From the NCBI GenBank assembly GCA_040753015.1, contig JBFMHM010000002.1, positions 193,126-257,125 on the forward strand: a stretch of DNA of 64,000 nt, written 5' to 3'. The stretch comes from Candidatus Omnitrophota bacterium. Its GTDB lineage: Bacteria; Omnitrophota; Gorgyraeia; Gygaellales; JBFMHM01. Of the stretch, positions 63,301-64,000 are shown piece after piece; the stretch's first letter is position 1, and each line of letters starts with the position of its first letter. The notes beneath the pieces were generated by a model, which did not search any database, had not been told where the DNA came from, and saw only the letters and a program-made list of their open reading frames with translations. The position numbers and the translations under genes are program-made.

Positions 63301-64000
63301 TTATAATTTCTTTCACATCATCACTTGCAGCTTGCTTCTGCGCTTGCCATTTTTGCATAACAGCCGCTGCTTGTAAATGCAAGACTTCGTATTCTTTTTT
63401 ATTTTTTGGCTCAAAAATACCTTTAGCTTTGATATATACTCGTGGCCAAATTAAGTAAGCATAAACAATTAACCAGTCTGATATGCTTTGATGAACCTTT
63501 TCTAATTCTTCCAAATATTTTTCTAAAACACTATATGCCTTTGAGTTTGCTTCAACATGTTTCATTGCAGCCTTAACTTGACTTACAATTTCCTGGTATT
63601 GTTTCGTAGCTTTATCTAGGGCTAACCAAGGGTCCTCTTGACTACAAGCTGTTTTATACGCCTCTTCCATCTTGCTCATACGCCTAATTAATGCGCGAAA
63701 TCGCCATCTTTCTATCGCCCTCTTTACCCTTAAATAAAGTTCTCTTGTATCCTGCCACATTAATTGTAAATTTGTGCTTCCGTCTGGTCTTAAGTAGGTT
63801 TTATAGTCTCGCTTACACAGATAAGCTAATAACAAAATCACCGGATTCACCCCTGAGCCAACAAAAGTAACCCCCTCATCCCCTACGCCTTGGTCGGCAA
63901 TGGTGGGGGCAGGAGTATTGTCTTCATCGCTAACCTCCATTCCTGTTGCCATTAAAGCTGTAAAAACGTACAACGCCTTTACTATCTCGGTTAAAGGAAG
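57362..64000 (-). CDS. Giant multi-domain membrane protein, 3' portion (>2210 aa, open at the window edge)
   Basis: No stop in frame up to 64000; TM segments, coiled coil, transglutaminase-like Cys/His motifs, 40-48 aa repeats, DUF58 motif, terminal GGIDL. Confidence 0.85.
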   Translation of the reverse strand, partial: LPLTEIVKALYVFTALMATGMEVSDEDNTPAPTIADQGVGDEGVTFVGSGVNPVILLLAYLCKRDYKTYLRPDGSTNLQLMWQDTRELYLRVKRAIERWRFRALIRRMSKMEEAYKTACSQEDPWLALDKATKQYQEIVSQVKAAMKHVEANSKAYSVLEKYLEELEKVHQSISDWLIVYAYLIWPRVYIKAKGIFEPKNKKEYEVLHLQAAAVMQKWQAQKQAASDDVKEIIKRQGEIAKLSSDEISQARKKEALNKFVKERLNVNRTQSLWHLKDLFERVTHSEVFTGAEPNSEERAALEQAIAFGFESSTGDKSLRNAAVRQQADILAEGAMLKPGQYGVPVTSVIRQTPRAQGAIEHNVGRDFRRIQRRYSVRRGLVFTLAAFLGAGSLFGVVNAISDSNDVQKNIITQVETHSNASLQQTTISQEEDDSKQDSDKLIAELTNFNFILAQAKDLDKVEEEEKQRELKEKREKLKQLRVEEEQLRQERDKGFQELQAQVKPYELIVPQTQEVPKPKTWHKVEPLDSKTTDVTQLELKDKKVVPQELTKNLSPENIGMGSANQDISGDVFAQVEGGGMEYLLQVSFSKIDPILGVKIPSSPDVIHWRLSGKAEKWVVMSPQPNRLLVPSGYVIADIQTENKVDDVRVYFDRANKIWHLHTSADTGAVRIGVRKAQTGELPEIKPFEIVGNNVGDSLPPEIKRILEKAKSLPLEQRKKVKEKILKLFYYSTNPNLKPAGNALKSMFENYAMQCDGFAVVDAILLSELDIKAEVHSGYRSEPSGNVNGIRHSWIWTEEGVGESVAFSENASPLYGKQGVTDEDWQKEFDFIKARAEQIKINLAAILEGLELEFEIEKDRANGVNMPKEKYYKLLNAFYSKRLRILHTTKLTREQALRLIETNIPLALTNIKDKYQLMAFGNYLFGVIAEVERQFPDIDTTEAKQVVMKFINNFKNEKKPTQTLFLSDDFVPSSFVPSSEKLLSGDDSGEECWELFEPYDIPHSGRNAVLNDLVIEDGYVVDLITGRKIKIGEQTKIHTYNQGRVAVKSDNKVYLFGEGTEQYRGQGFLNIALYSSAMPDNWLAVVRYNEGKEYQFNRLGFIGPLAEKAGLSDQRFSGIKDIRITPSGGWLAVVEHRISDNDPNPEYSFVGLIAEKVKLTEARYKEITSLFVFPDETWVAAIELGNGKYKLIGPAAGSYINAEYSEYLEVYAVADGTWLAVLSPILGGGYQLFGPSVKEPTDSYKSVQISTEQGKLVAIVGEEIRISNKVVQIPYTSMRILKIDKNGINDLGISIFEGVSNLAVIFASNKLVFFKFFNKDKWIAATVENEGQANQSYRFFGPLADNSFNGNMDAKSYQAKREWIERISYHSNGESTSMVAGEGHWHNFRQAVAGRYGVVDNFETDIRKDRFDLRWENLDKILKEKLGEDEASSAYIVFILKDMLKSDNLKYFDFDRTVEIIDRNLEFFVDAVNGALTNDEIVNLIHFFSKHRIGLEILIQLVTINSERSKTILHRLGQEKIREMFDVYEASQREKFGITTSVYPAYYYNQEARKAIEQLNSLVPQTGNVGPYEDALKEAERKLFVVGLDSPDANLSQGDLERIFQGLHRYLETRTGSSGFAFDVELSADTRSDTLFKAIKLLQANAEACKIRSLSPVEAANKEASLREWQAINDKLNEILGPEFSGQKTIDSLWVEFWKEANQDGLFLLFLIGLLHFALSFMSDYLRRKDLILGASANDVINKIWQDNPWFGGELGNARKLLAELMLANKELSNEEQGRIENLRKRLQGRERVIFDCVRAIALESPKEANPKLARRLLSLIPAVSLLLVRSKLEHRQRQKMNKQIRSLVEEISSGDITAPKQAYSRLEAIIKSFDSQSQQRAQSGSLVSVGDSLSLAQKIEQGLSRGTKVIPPVTNGHLRLSGKSGRRSGRGSEYHQSRHYQYGDSPRDIDWKKTARQSPDKPPAVKEYQEEYEDGISLLLDFRSLGSQDNFEPWIHSFINSILVQFKNRCVGRSNYHYCLNRLIFVLPDGSIVSEKVTLPHKTSLNLMGLAKVIIPRVLARWNKARASFAGQDTTQINLEFYDDAENQRYSQRTKSITGSSNIIDSERLTEFGHEFAQIRGQDLYCIGLDDDLRLGLAQLLPNHRVRGFHWLANRALALTQSANLSPNITIEDIGELAMQYPRPSGRTQEPAPTEAAHGGIDLSLIQITLVS

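Noticed and set aside
1-64000. CRISPR array, rRNA, tRNA, transposase or integrase
   Set aside because: Intergenic gaps are short and none shows these signatures; the Cas4-like Cys pattern at ~10.3-11.0 kb is part of the helicase fusion.

Overview
AT-rich (roughly one third GC by eye) bacterial chromosomal window from a diderm (Mla and Lol genes). It is probably Ca. Omnitrophota (PVC); this is an inference from gene content and a giant ORF ending in GGIDL, not a database result. About 0.9-44.4 kb is a nearly all minus-strand housekeeping block: pgpA-pgsA-rimO-rodZ-ftsK-pnp-rpsO, a helicase-nuclease, recJ-argS-rsfS, mgtE, trpGDCFBA, tmk-holB-PSP1, cysS-cysE-ispFD-PIN/TRAM-radA, mlaDFE, clpC-mcsB-mcsA, ilvE, lolD-lolC/E and lysS. 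From 44.5 kb onward the content is accessory: a GH130 phosphorylase with an MFS transporter; a coupled operon (YggT, LhgO-like oxidase, REC-GGDEF-MshEN-like protein, TrkA-C membrane protein, circularly permuted ROK protein, LacI sensor domain with no HTH); two divergent FemAB/GNAT paralogs with an ArnE/F-like pair; an AbiE type IV TA pair; and the 3' end of a giant (>2200 aa) gene with transglutaminase-like, repeat and DUF58 modules. The most notable observations are (1) a GC-rich branched-hairpin insert between trpB and trpA, bounded by direct repeats and forming a 57-codon ORF with ATGA overlaps at both ends, (2) the permuted ROK / headless LacI / c-di-GMP operon, and (3) the giant modular membrane protein. 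No rRNA, tRNA, CRISPR array or transposase was seen. All calls come from motif recognition by eye.
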